From Candidatus Latescibacterota bacterium (GTDB lineage: Bacteria > Latescibacterota > UBA2968 > GCA-2709665), in assembly GCA_965248435.1 (NCBI GenBank), contig OZ252100.1, forward strand, positions 2,208,001-2,272,000: 64,000 nt of DNA. Reading direction: 5' to 3'. Below are positions 1-8,793 of this stretch, piece by piece (position 1 is the first letter of the stretch; each line of letters starts with the position of its first letter). Below the pieces are notes generated by a model. The model was not told where the DNA came from and did no database searches. It worked only from the letters and a program-made list of their open reading frames with translations. A program made the translations under genes and the position numbers.

Positions 1-431
1 AGATGCCGTTCCACATCCAGAAGGGACTGGTGCTCGTGCTGTCCGTGAAGGTCGACCAGGGTCCTGCCCAGCGTATGCAACGCCTTCATCGTAATGGCCA
101 CACCGTTTGCGTAGCAACGACTCCGTCTGTCTGAAGCCACCTCCCGCCTCAGAATCAGCTCTCGGTCTTCTGCCTCCACACCCATTTCGTCTAAAAGCGC
201 CAGGCACGGATGTCCCTCTGGAAGCTCGAAAATCGATTCGACGACGCACCGGTCTTCTCCGGTTCGAATCTCCTCCGCGCTTGCACGCACGCCTAGAACC
301 AGACCCAGCGCGCCCATGAGGATCGACTTCCCCGCCCCGGTCTCTCCGGTGATGATGTTCAGTCCGTGACCGAATTCGATCTCCGCCTCATCGATCAGGG
401 CATAATCCTTCACACGCAATAAGGAAAGCAA
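1..431 (-). CDS. recN: DNA repair protein RecN, N-terminal part (runs off the window edge)
   Basis: Not in the ORF track. Manual translation from TTG at 431 gives MLSLLRVKDYALIDEAEIEFGHGLNIITGETGAGKSILMGAL...LVDLHGQHEHQSLL (Walker A plus the RecN HGQH motif). Follows nadK. Confidence 0.95.
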   Translation of the reverse strand, partial: MLSLLRVKDYALIDEAEIEFGHGLNIITGETGAGKSILMGALGLVLGVRASAEEIRTGEDRCVVESIFELPEGHPCLALLDEMGVEAEDRELILRREVASDRRSRCYANGVAITMKALHTLGRTLVDLHGQHEHQSLLDVERH

Positions 432-436
432 AGCGC

Positions 437-1300
437 CTACGCCTCCCGTTCTCGCCTGTCCAGACTCCAGTCCAGCTTCCGCCTGAGCAGCTGATAAAAT
501 GGAAGTCCCTGCAGGTTAATCAATCGCACAGGTTCCTGAACACGATTGACGATCACCGGGGTATCAGGCCCTACGGAGGAAACAGTGCGTCCATCAGCCG
601 AGAGCATAATGTCCAGGTGCTCCGCGATCACCTCGACGCGGATCGACTGATCCCCCGGGACCACTATCGGACGCAGGGACAGTGAGTGAGGACAGATCGG
701 AGTGACAACGATGCCCTGAAGGCTGGGATGCACGACTGGCCCCCCAGCTGACAGGCTGTAGCTCGTCGAGCCCGTTGGGGTCGCGATGATCAGGCCGTTG
801 CCGAAAAAGGAGCTGATCTGCGCGTCTGCGATCCAGGTCTTCACCTGCACCATCCGCGCCATCACACCTTTCTCGATCACGATTTCGTTCAGCGCGAACG
901 CCTTCTTCCCACCGATTTCCGCTTCCAGCGCCATCCGCTCTTCTATTTGATAGTCGCCCTTTTGCAGGCGCTGAAGCGAGTCCTCCAGCTCCTCAGGTGC
1001 TGCTCCGGCCAGGAACCCAAGCCGCCCGATATTGACCCCCAGGATCGGCGTCCCGGTGTCTCCGACGAGTTCGGCGGTTCGCAGGATCGTCCCGTCGCCG
1101 CCCAGCGCGATCACCAGGTCCACGTTTCGGCAGAGATCCGCCGCATCGCAAAAAAGGTCTGCCTCACCCTGGCAGACCTCCTTCAATTCCTCACCCAGGC
1201 ACAGCTCAATGCCGTTTTGCCTCGCAAGGCCCACGAGTCGATCGATCGTCTGGCTCGCCTCCGCGACCCGGGGGTTTGCGAGAATGCCGATCCGCTTCAT
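437..1300 (-). CDS. nadK: NAD(+) kinase
   Basis: GGDGT, NE and TPTGSTSYSLSAGGP motifs. Start placed at MKRIGIL (1300). Confidence 0.95.
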   Translation of the reverse strand: MKRIGILANPRVAEASQTIDRLVGLARQNGIELCLGEELKEVCQGEADLFCDAADLCRNVDLVIALGGDGTILRTAELVGDTGTPILGVNIGRLGFLAGAAPEELEDSLQRLQKGDYQIEERMALEAEIGGKKAFALNEIVIEKGVMARMVQVKTWIADAQISSFFGNGLIIATPTGSTSYSLSAGGPVVHPSLQGIVVTPICPHSLSLRPIVVPGDQSIRVEVIAEHLDIMLSADGRTVSSVGPDTPVIVNRVQEPVRLINLQGLPFYQLLRRKLDWSLDRREREA

Positions 1301-1337
1301 CCTGTCCAGCTCCGAGCACCGATTCGGAGATTCACGT

Positions 1338-1586
1338 CTATCCCTCTTCGTCCGTGTCCAATTCCGTGAGACGGAAGTTCCCGCCACTTTCAGCCGCCAG
1401 GACTTCCACCTTTTGCTTCGCTTCCTCAAGCCGCGTCCGGCAGAGGTTGGAGGCCTTCAACCCTTCCTCGAACAGACGCAGCGCCTCGGAAAGGGGTAAG
1501 TTGCCCTCCTCCAATCCGGCCACAGCCTGCTCGAGTCTTTTCAAGGCATCTTCGAATGTCGTTTCGCCAGCCTTGTCCTCTGCCAT
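1338..1586 (-). CDS. xseB: Exodeoxyribonuclease VII small subunit
   Basis: TFEDALKRLE...LPLSEALRLFEEG...LEEAKQKVE pattern; lies near xseA. Confidence 0.93.
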   Translation of the reverse strand: MAEDKAGETTFEDALKRLEQAVAGLEEGNLPLSEALRLFEEGLKASNLCRTRLEEAKQKVEVLAAESGGNFRLTELDTDEEG

Positions 1587-1636
1587 CAGACGTTCTCCGC
1601 TTTGTCGTCCCAATATAAAAGAAAAGGGCGCGTATG

Positions 1637-2620
1637 CTAGGCCTTATAGAATTCGAGTCCGTTCTTCGCCAATTCAGAAACCCGATCGATCAATGCCTGC
1701 CGCCTAGACTCGTTCATCGCTTCAAACGACTGGACGAGCTGGATCTTCTCGGCCATTTGGTGCCGGTCATCCGGCCCGGTCACGAGCACACTCACGGGGA
1801 GGGACAACACGAAATGGATCGCATCGGCCACGCTGACCCGGTCTGGTACGGCCTTGGGTTTGTCTCCGTGCTCTCCTTGTTGCGACCCGCCGAAGAACCC
1901 CCCGTTCGCCAGCGACTTCATCGCGATGATTCCCATTTTTCTCTCAACTAACGTGGGCACGACCCGCCTGATGAAACTCTCATAGCTTGGATCGGCCAGG
2001 TTGACCGGGAGCTGGCAGGTTTCGAAGATGTCGGTGCGCTCCAGGACCCGCAGGTGGGCGGACGGCCTCATGTGTCCCGTAAACCCGATATGCCTCACCT
2101 TTCCTGAATCAACGGCATCCACGAACACATCCAGAACACCCTCGCTGATCCGTCCGTCCACATCTTCTGGACTCTCTACCGTATGCATCTGCCATAGATC
2201 GACAACGTCCGTCCGCATGTTCTTCAGAGACGCATCGAGATGTCGCTTTGCGGTCTTCGCGTCCCGTGCCGCGGTCTTAGTCATGAGGAAGATGTCATCT
2301 CTATACTTCGGCGTGAGAAACTTACCGAGGCGCCTCTCGCTGCCCCCGTCCTGGTACATCTCGGCGCTGTCGAAAAACCGCACCCCGCCTTCAAGCGCCG
2401 TTTCCAGCGTCGCCTGCGCTTCCGCCTCGCTCATTCGCCCGATGTGCCACCCGCCCACGCCCAGCATCGTCACCGCCTCTCCCGTGCGTCCCAGCTTGCG
2501 GAGCGGCAGCAGTTTGCCAAGTCGATCCCGACCCGCCTCTCCTGCGGTGATGGGAATTTGATCCACGAGAATTCCGGTCGTTGCTGCCGCCAGCGATCTC
2601 AGAAAATCTCTGCGTTCCAT
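1637..2620 (-). CDS. Aldo/keto reductase with Tat-like signal peptide
   Basis: MERRDFL twin-arginine leader; RFFDSAEMY, DLWQMH and GKVRHIGFTGH AKR motifs. Confidence 0.85.
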   Translation of the reverse strand: MERRDFLRSLAAATTGILVDQIPITAGEAGRDRLGKLLPLRKLGRTGEAVTMLGVGGWHIGRMSEAEAQATLETALEGGVRFFDSAEMYQDGGSERRLGKFLTPKYRDDIFLMTKTAARDAKTAKRHLDASLKNMRTDVVDLWQMHTVESPEDVDGRISEGVLDVFVDAVDSGKVRHIGFTGHMRPSAHLRVLERTDIFETCQLPVNLADPSYESFIRRVVPTLVERKMGIIAMKSLANGGFFGGSQQGEHGDKPKAVPDRVSVADAIHFVLSLPVSVLVTGPDDRHQMAEKIQLVQSFEAMNESRRQALIDRVSELAKNGLEFYKA

Positions 2621-2722
2621 TTGCAAACCTCCTCGTCCCTTTCCCCCAATGGTTCTTAATCTGCGGCCTCTCCGATGAATGCCTTTCAATCCGCAATCGC
2701 CAATCCGCATTCCGCAATTTCT

Positions 2723-3949
2723 TCATTCACTCCGGACCTCATCGACGCTAGAGATGACCTCTCCCCTCGCGAACCTAACTCGCAGCCTATCCCCTTTGGC
2801 CAGCGATCTCGCATCCTGGACCACGACATCGTCCTCGACGCGCTGTGTCAGACTGTAACCTCGATTGAGCACGCCCAGCGGGCTGAGCGTGTCCAGCTGA
2901 CTCGTGGATCGACGAAATCTGGCCACGCAACGCTCGAAAATGCGTTCAATCCCGGAGTGGAGATCCTTCACGAGTTCATCTCGCAACTGAATGTGCTGCA
3001 CGATGAGGTCATCGACCCTTCTGAGCCCGTAGCGCTCCTGATAGTTTTCCAGAATCGATGCGTTCTCGGTCAGCAATCTCGTCAGCGCGTCGGTGCCCCG
3101 GCGAACCCACTTCGAGATCTGCTCCTCCAGCTCTTCGCGATCCGGAACGGCGAGTTCCGCGGCAGCAGAGGGTGTAGGCGCACGACAATCTGCTGCGAAG
3201 TCAGCCAGTGTGAAATCAATTTCGTGTCCGACGGCGGAAATGACGGGAACCGTCGCGGCCCTGATCGCACGCACTACGACCTCGGTGTTGAAGGCCGCGA
3301 GGTCCTGTGCGGCCCCACCGCCTCGGCCCACGATCAGGACATCCACTTCGCTGTGAGCATTGATTTCGCCGATTCCCTGAGCGATATCCTCGGCGGCCCC
3401 TTCCCCCTGAACGAGCGCGGGCCGGAAGACGACACAGGTCCCGGCAAACCGTCGCTTCAGGACGGTCAGAATATCTCCAAGCGCCGCACCGGTGGGTGAC
3501 GTCACGATCCCGATCGAGCGTGGAAGATCCGGAAGGGGGCGCTTGGCCGTCTCGTCGAACAGACCCTCTGCCTGAAGCTTGCGCTTGAGGGCCTCCAGAG
3601 CGATCTGCTGCTGGCCGATCCCCGCGGGAATCAGCTTCGTCACACTCAGCTGAACCTGACCTCGTCGTTCGTATACCGAAAGACGTCCACGGGCCAACAC
3701 CTGCAGACCAACCTCAGGCTCGAAAGAGGAGAGGTCGTAGGAACTCCACATAACGCACTGAAGCTGACACCGCTTATCCTTCAACGTAAAGTAACGGTGG
3801 CCGGAGCTGTGCTGTTTGTAATCGGCCAGTTCACCGACGACCCAAAAGGGTGGGAATTCTCCCTCCAGCGTTCGCTTGATCGTCTGTGTAACTTCGGTTA
3901 CGGACCACGGGCGGTCAGCCAACCCAGGCCCCTCCTCTTGTCGAGTCAA
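2723..3949 (-). CDS. xseA: Exodeoxyribonuclease VII large subunit
   Basis: SGHRYFTLKD, VTSPTGAAL, GRGGG, SAVGHEIDFTLADFAAD, APTPSAAAE. Confidence 0.97.
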   Translation of the reverse strand: MTRQEEGPGLADRPWSVTEVTQTIKRTLEGEFPPFWVVGELADYKQHSSGHRYFTLKDKRCQLQCVMWSSYDLSSFEPEVGLQVLARGRLSVYERRGQVQLSVTKLIPAGIGQQQIALEALKRKLQAEGLFDETAKRPLPDLPRSIGIVTSPTGAALGDILTVLKRRFAGTCVVFRPALVQGEGAAEDIAQGIGEINAHSEVDVLIVGRGGGAAQDLAAFNTEVVVRAIRAATVPVISAVGHEIDFTLADFAADCRAPTPSAAAELAVPDREELEEQISKWVRRGTDALTRLLTENASILENYQERYGLRRVDDLIVQHIQLRDELVKDLHSGIERIFERCVARFRRSTSQLDTLSPLGVLNRGYSLTQRVEDDVVVQDARSLAKGDRLRVRFARGEVISSVDEVRSE

Positions 3950-3979
3950 TCCAGAAAACGATGGATCCGATACTGATGG

Positions 3980-4768
3980 TCACGACCCTTCCTCGCTAAT
4001 CCGGAGCCTTTCAATCTTCACAGCTTTTCCAGTCTCTTCGTCGACCTCGGTGATCACACCGCACAGTTTAACATCTTCTGTCGCAGGCTCGAACCGCACG
4101 GGCATCTGGTCCAAAAACAGTTTGATGACGGTTTCTTTTTCTGCGCCGATGACGGAGTCGTGCGGTCCCGTCATGCCGACATCTGTGATATACGCGGTCC
4201 CTCCGGGCAAAATCGTTTCGTCCGCCGTCTGCACGTGTGTATGGGTCCCGAACACGGCGCTGACCCGTCCATCCATGAACCATCCGAAGGCGATTTTCTC
4301 AGAAGTGGCCTCCGCGTGGAAGTCGACCACGATCACCCGAACATCTTCTTTCAGCTTGTCGACCACCTTTCGGCCGATCCGAAACGGGCAGTCGAGATTT
4401 CTCATGTTCGTACGCCCTTGCAGACATGCCACACCCACCGCAACGCCAGATTCCGAGTAGAACACCCCGGAACCGTTTCCTCCCACGTTCGGGGGGTAAT
4501 TTGCGGGGCGAAGAACCTTGCCCCCACTCATGATGTAGGGGATAGAATCCCTTTGATCCCAAACGTGGTTCCCCGTCGTGATCACATCGGCGCCGTAGGT
4601 TTCGAATTTGCGGCCGATCTTCTCTGTGATACCAAATCCACCAGCTGCGTTCTCGCCGTTCACAATACAGAAGTCGATCGCCTCGGACTCCTTAATCTTC
4701 GGAATCCATTCCGCCGCCGCCCGTCTGCCCGGCCTGGCGTAAACGTCCCCCACAAAAAGTATTTTCAA
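3980..4768 (-). CDS. ymdB: YmdB/TIGR00282 metallophosphoesterase
   Basis: NGENAAGG, TGNH, DFHAEATSEK, GTHTHVQTAD; lies downstream of rny. Confidence 0.93.
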   Translation of the reverse strand: MKILFVGDVYARPGRRAAAEWIPKIKESEAIDFCIVNGENAAGGFGITEKIGRKFETYGADVITTGNHVWDQRDSIPYIMSGGKVLRPANYPPNVGGNGSGVFYSESGVAVGVACLQGRTNMRNLDCPFRIGRKVVDKLKEDVRVIVVDFHAEATSEKIAFGWFMDGRVSAVFGTHTHVQTADETILPGGTAYITDVGMTGPHDSVIGAEKETVIKLFLDQMPVRFEPATEDVKLCGVITEVDEETGKAVKIERLRISEEGS

Positions 4769-4820
4769 TTCAGCCTCTATCCTGAGTCATCAACGGGCAC
4801 GCGTCTTCTACGCATCGCCC

Positions 4821-6404
4821 CTATCTTGCGAAATCTATCGCTCGAGTTTCTCGTATCACCGTGACCTTTACAGGACCGGGATAGCTCATGTCACTCTCGA
4901 GTTTGGCGGCAATCTCACTGGCGAGATTTTCAGTATCTTCATCGCTCAGCAAGTCCGAGTCGGCGATCACCCTCACCTCTTGCCCCGCCTGGATGGCAAA
5001 CACGTTGCCCACACCCTCAGCCGTCTTGGCGATCGATTCCAGGCGCTCCAGACGACGGACGTAATTTTCCAGGACTTCACGCTGGGCCCCGGGCCGTGAC
5101 CGTGAAATCGTATCGGCAGAATCCACCAGCACGGCGATGGCCGAAACCGCGTCGACGTCGTCGTGATGCGTTTCGATGGCATTGACGACGACTGCATCTT
5201 CGCCGTACTTCCGCGCCAGGTCTGCTCCGTTCTCCCCGTGGGTTCCCTCCAATTCGTGGGACATTCCTTTACCAATGTCGTGAAGCAGTCCGGCCCGCTT
5301 GGCCAGCTGGGCATCCAGGCCCAGGTGAGTGGCCATCATGCCGGCAAGGAAAGCGACCTCCTTGCTGTGGTTCGACACGTTCTGCCCAAAGCTCGTTACG
5401 AATTTCAGCTTGCCCAGGCACTCAATCAGGCGTTCGTGAAGGCCTGGAACGCCTACGTCGAAGGCAACCTGTTCCCCTTCTTCCCGGATGACGCGCTGAA
5501 TCGAGTCGCGGGACCGGGTAACAATCTCTTCGATTCGCCCTGGGTGAATGCGTCCATCCAGGATGAGCTGCTCAAGGGACATTTTGGCAATCGTGCGTCG
5601 AATCGGGTCGAACGCCGAAAGCACGACCGCCTCAGGCGTATCGTCTACGATAACATCCACACCTGTTGCCATTTCAAACGCCCGAATATTCCGGCCTTCT
5701 CTACCGATAACGCGGCCCTTCATCTCATCTGACGGCAGGCGGACCACAGAAACGGTGGATTCAATCGTGTGATCGGCTCCCAACCGCTGGATTGCGCTTG
5801 CAATGATCTCGCGGGCCTCGTCGTTTGCGCGAGCCATCGCATCCTCACGAATCTCTTTCGTCCGCCAGGCAGAGTCGCGCCTCGCCTCATCTTCCAGATT
5901 TGCCATTAAGACGGCCTTGGCTTCATCCTTCGTCAATCCGGCAATCTGTTCCAGGCGTGAGTTTTGTTCTATAATCCGCGTTTCGAGTTCCAGAGACTTG
6001 TGTTCCACATTTTCCTGGAGCTTGGACAGCTCGTCTTCCCTGGAGGACAGATTTCCCTCCTTGTGGTTCAACAGATCCGCCCGCTTATCTAACTGGCGCT
6101 CCCATCCCGACAGTTTTATTTCCGTTTCTTTGCTTTGTTCTCGAAGCTCCTGCATTTCCTGGTCGAACTGCAGGCGCTTTTGGTGCATCTCATCCTTCGC
6201 CTCCAAGACGGCCGTGCGCTTCATCGATTCGGCCTCTTTTTGGGCCTCTTCCAAGATGTTTTCCGCAGAGATTTCCGCCCGGTAGGTCTTACTGTGTGAA
6301 ACCTTTGAGCTGATCAGCCAGCCGACAACGAGTCCAAGCAGTAGCAGACCCACCGAGAGAATCATCACCGTGAATGTTCCTGTAGTCGCGACATCAGGGG
6401 GCAT
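4821..6404 (-). CDS. rny: Ribonuclease Y
   Basis: N-terminal TM, coiled coil, KH domain (MKGRVIGREGRNIR), HD domain (LLHDIGK). AGGAGG RBS before ATG 6404. Confidence 0.97.
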   Translation of the reverse strand: MPPDVATTGTFTVMILSVGLLLLGLVVGWLISSKVSHSKTYRAEISAENILEEAQKEAESMKRTAVLEAKDEMHQKRLQFDQEMQELREQSKETEIKLSGWERQLDKRADLLNHKEGNLSSREDELSKLQENVEHKSLELETRIIEQNSRLEQIAGLTKDEAKAVLMANLEDEARRDSAWRTKEIREDAMARANDEAREIIASAIQRLGADHTIESTVSVVRLPSDEMKGRVIGREGRNIRAFEMATGVDVIVDDTPEAVVLSAFDPIRRTIAKMSLEQLILDGRIHPGRIEEIVTRSRDSIQRVIREEGEQVAFDVGVPGLHERLIECLGKLKFVTSFGQNVSNHSKEVAFLAGMMATHLGLDAQLAKRAGLLHDIGKGMSHELEGTHGENGADLARKYGEDAVVVNAIETHHDDVDAVSAIAVLVDSADTISRSRPGAQREVLENYVRRLERLESIAKTAEGVGNVFAIQAGQEVRVIADSDLLSDEDTENLASEIAAKLESDMSYPGPVKVTVIRETRAIDFAR

Positions 6405-6474
6405 ATTCCACCTCCTCATTAGCAGCCTGCACCTTGAATCTCATGCGGTATGTATCACCTTAACCACCGCGCAC

Positions 6475-6581
6475 AAAAAAACCCGCTTACGCTCCAACAC
6501 TGTCCGCCCTGGACCATTTCTCAGATACCCGCAACTGGCAGGCCAGATTGGTTTTTTGCCTCTAATGAGCGTAGCGGGATT
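6475..6581 (-). ncRNA. ssrS: Candidate 6S RNA (unusually short)
   Basis: Sits between zapA and rny, a common 6S position. Closing stem CCCGCTACGCTC/GAGCGTAAGCGGG, A-rich bubble, then a U7 tract. Confidence 0.5.
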
Positions 6582-6666
6582 CGATTCGGCACTGTCTCCA
6601 TCGGCCAACCCCGGCCTGGCCGTTACGCCGATTCCCTTCAGACAACCAACAGTCTCAGCCCCTCCC

Positions 6667-6948
6667 TTAAGTCTGATTCAACGAGTCGGTTAACCGATTG
6701 GTATTCACGCGGAGCACCTCTTCCACACGTTCTTCCTGCTCCTTTTCTTTGAAGAGATCATCGGCCAGGTTGACCGCGGTCATCACGGCGATTTTGGCGA
6801 CCGAACGAAGCGAAAGGCTGTTGGCAACCTCCCGCATCTTTTGATCTACGTGCTGGGCAACCTTTCTGGTCTGATCCGGATCGGCCTTGGTGGCAATCTT
6901 ATATTCCGTGCTGAAAATGTTGACGTTAACGATAGGGTGGTCTAACAT
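6667..6948 (-). CDS. zapA: Cell division protein ZapA
   Basis: VNIFSTEYKI...VAQHVDQKMREV...KIAVMTAVNLADDL pattern. Confidence 0.9.
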   Translation of the reverse strand: MLDHPIVNVNIFSTEYKIATKADPDQTRKVAQHVDQKMREVANSLSLRSVAKIAVMTAVNLADDLFKEKEQEERVEEVLRVNTNRLTDSLNQT

Positions 6949-6955
6949 AGATTCC

Positions 6956-7267
6956 TTACATCGTGTCTGGATTGACATCATCCAGGCGAGATAACATGGC
7001 TTCGATCTTGAGCTGCGCTTCTTCTTTATTGCGGATTAATGAGGCGTTTTCCTCGTAGACACTCTGAAGTTCATCCCGTTCACTCCGGAGCGCTGACGAC
7101 TCCTGCTCTTTCCGGCTCAACTGCCCCTGGAGTTCCTCGCATCGTCGGCTCAGGCTGTCCTTTTCCTGGCGCAACTTTTCAATCAGCTCAACGGCTCGGT
7201 CAATCTCTGTAACCAGGCGATCGATCCCCTCGCTCGTCTCTTTTTCAGCTAAAACTTCTGCTTCCAT
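6956..7267 (-). CDS. ZapB-like coiled-coil protein
   Basis: All-coiled-coil 103 aa protein ending KIEAMLSRLD, directly upstream of zapA. Confidence 0.7.
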   Translation of the reverse strand: MEAEVLAEKETSEGIDRLVTEIDRAVELIEKLRQEKDSLSRRCEELQGQLSRKEQESSALRSERDELQSVYEENASLIRNKEEAQLKIEAMLSRLDDVNPDTM

Positions 7268-7336
7268 GCGGTTCCCCCATCATCAAAGCCAGATTCCTGG
7301 ATTCACTCTCATTTAGCACGGCACGAACACTACCGC

Positions 7337-7365
7337 AATTTAATACCTCTCATACTCAAAGTCAA
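7337..7365 (-). promoter_or_regulatory. Sigma70-type promoter for zapB-like/zapA
   Basis: TTGACT-17 nt-TAAATT on the minus strand. Confidence 0.6.
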
Positions 7366-7406
7366 GGTAGGGCCGTATAGACAAGGGCCCCAACAGGTTG
7401 CCTTCA

Positions 7407-7462
7407 ACAAAAAATCGGGTGGGGGACACGGTGACCGATTCGATCACGTCCCCCAACCGATT
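7407..7462 (-). terminator. Intrinsic terminator after rplT
   Basis: Inverted repeat AATCGGTTGGGGGAC/GTCCCCCACCCGATT followed by a T-run on the minus strand. Confidence 0.65.
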
Positions 7463-7481
7463 CAATGCGTCGCGTACTCGT

Positions 7482-7835
7482 TTAGCTCTGTTCCGAGGCC
7501 TTCTTGACCAGCACGCCAAATGCGTTCGGATCGGACACGGCGAGATCGGCGAGGACCTTCCTGCTGACTTCGACGCGGGCGTTCCTCAGCCCATTCATAA
7601 GACGGCTGTAAGACATTCCGTGCATCCGCGCCGCCGCATTGATTCGCACGATCCAAAGGGATCGAAACGAACGCTTCTTCTGTCTCCTATCCCGATACGC
7701 ATACGCCATTCCCCGTTCGACGCTGCCAATCACCGTGCGAAGGAGTTTGCTTCGGCCGCCCCGATACCCCTTAGCCCGCTTTAGCAGCTTTTTCCGTCTA
7801 CGATGGGACGCGACGCTGTTTCTAGCTCTTGGCAC
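7482..7835 (-). CDS. rplT: 50S ribosomal protein L20
   Basis: AKGYRGGRSK...YAYRDRRQKKRSFRSLWIVRINAAAR. Confidence 0.98.
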   Translation of the reverse strand: MPRARNSVASHRRRKKLLKRAKGYRGGRSKLLRTVIGSVERGMAYAYRDRRQKKRSFRSLWIVRINAAARMHGMSYSRLMNGLRNARVEVSRKVLADLAVSDPNAFGVLVKKASEQS

Positions 7836-7981
7836 TTTTTCTCCTCAATTCGCTAGGTCTCCATACTTCAGCTATTTGTAAAGGTTTCAGTTCCGCGATT
7901 CTGGAGTGTTGAGGTGTTGGAAAAACATGCTTTCCAATTGCTCCATTCCCCCACTACTCCGGCACTCGCGTCTTCTTCCTG

Positions 7982-8176
7982 TTAGGATGCGAGCATCCTG
8001 TCCACGCGCGCGCGGTCCGCTTCGTGAATCTCTCCGGGACGGCGCAGGTGCAATTTTCTCTTGCTCGACTTTTTGGTCAGGTAGTGCGTGGCCGTTGACT
8101 TACCCCTGCGAACACTTCCGGATTTTCGTCTCCGGAACCGCTTTGCTGCCCCACGGTGGGTCTTCATCTTAGGCAT
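7982..8176 (-). CDS. rpmI: 50S ribosomal protein L35
   Basis: MPKMKTHRGAAKRF. Confidence 0.97.
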   Translation of the reverse strand: MPKMKTHRGAAKRFRRRKSGSVRRGKSTATHYLTKKSSKRKLHLRRPGEIHEADRARVDRMLAS

Positions 8177-8214
8177 GTTTAGACTCTCTTAAAATAGATC
8201 CCTGGATCAATAAG

Positions 8215-8757
8215 CTACTTCGGCGCGAAAATCATCACCATGTCTCGGCCTTCGTTCCGGGACGGTGCTTCCGGAGATCCGAACTCCTTAAGATCTTCTT
8301 CCACTCTGGCAAGCAGTTCCCGGCCTTGATCTCGATACAAGTTTTGCCTGCCGCGGAACTGAACCGTAATCCTAACTTTGTGTCGGCTCTCCAGAAATTT
8401 TTCTGCGTGTTTCATCTTGAACTGGTAATCGTGATCGCTCGTCTGAAGTCTAAGTCGAATCTCTTTGAGTTGAGAACTCGCCTGCTTCCCCTTTTTCGCC
8501 TTCTTGCTTTGCTCATAGCGGTACTTTCCATAATTCATAATACGACAGACGGGAGGTCGTGCATCGGGTGCGACCTCCACCAGGTCCAGTTCCTGCTCCT
8601 GCGCAAGCTCCAACGCCTTGGTCGTCTCCACGACACCAAGTTGATCGCCGCTCTCGGAGATCAACCGGACTTGAGGGACCCGGACCAGTTCGTTCATCCG
8701 CGGCGAGTCTTCGCGGCGATCCCTGAAGCCCCTTTGTCCTCTTGGCCCTCTATTTAT
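8215..8757 (-). CDS. infC: Translation initiation factor IF-3 (probable ATA start)
   Basis: LDLVEVAPDARPPVCRIMNYGKYRYE motif. AGGAGGTG RBS lies 4 nt before an in-frame ATA at 8757. Confidence 0.95.
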   Translation of the reverse strand: MNRGPRGQRGFRDRREDSPRMNELVRVPQVRLISESGDQLGVVETTKALELAQEQELDLVEVAPDARPPVCRIMNYGKYRYEQSKKAKKGKQASSQLKEIRLRLQTSDHDYQFKMKHAEKFLESRHKVRITVQFRGRQNLYRDQGRELLARVEEDLKEFGSPEAPSRNEGRDMVMIFAPK

Positions 8758-8793
8758 AAGACACCTCCTAAACGTGTGAAGGTCGTATGAAAC

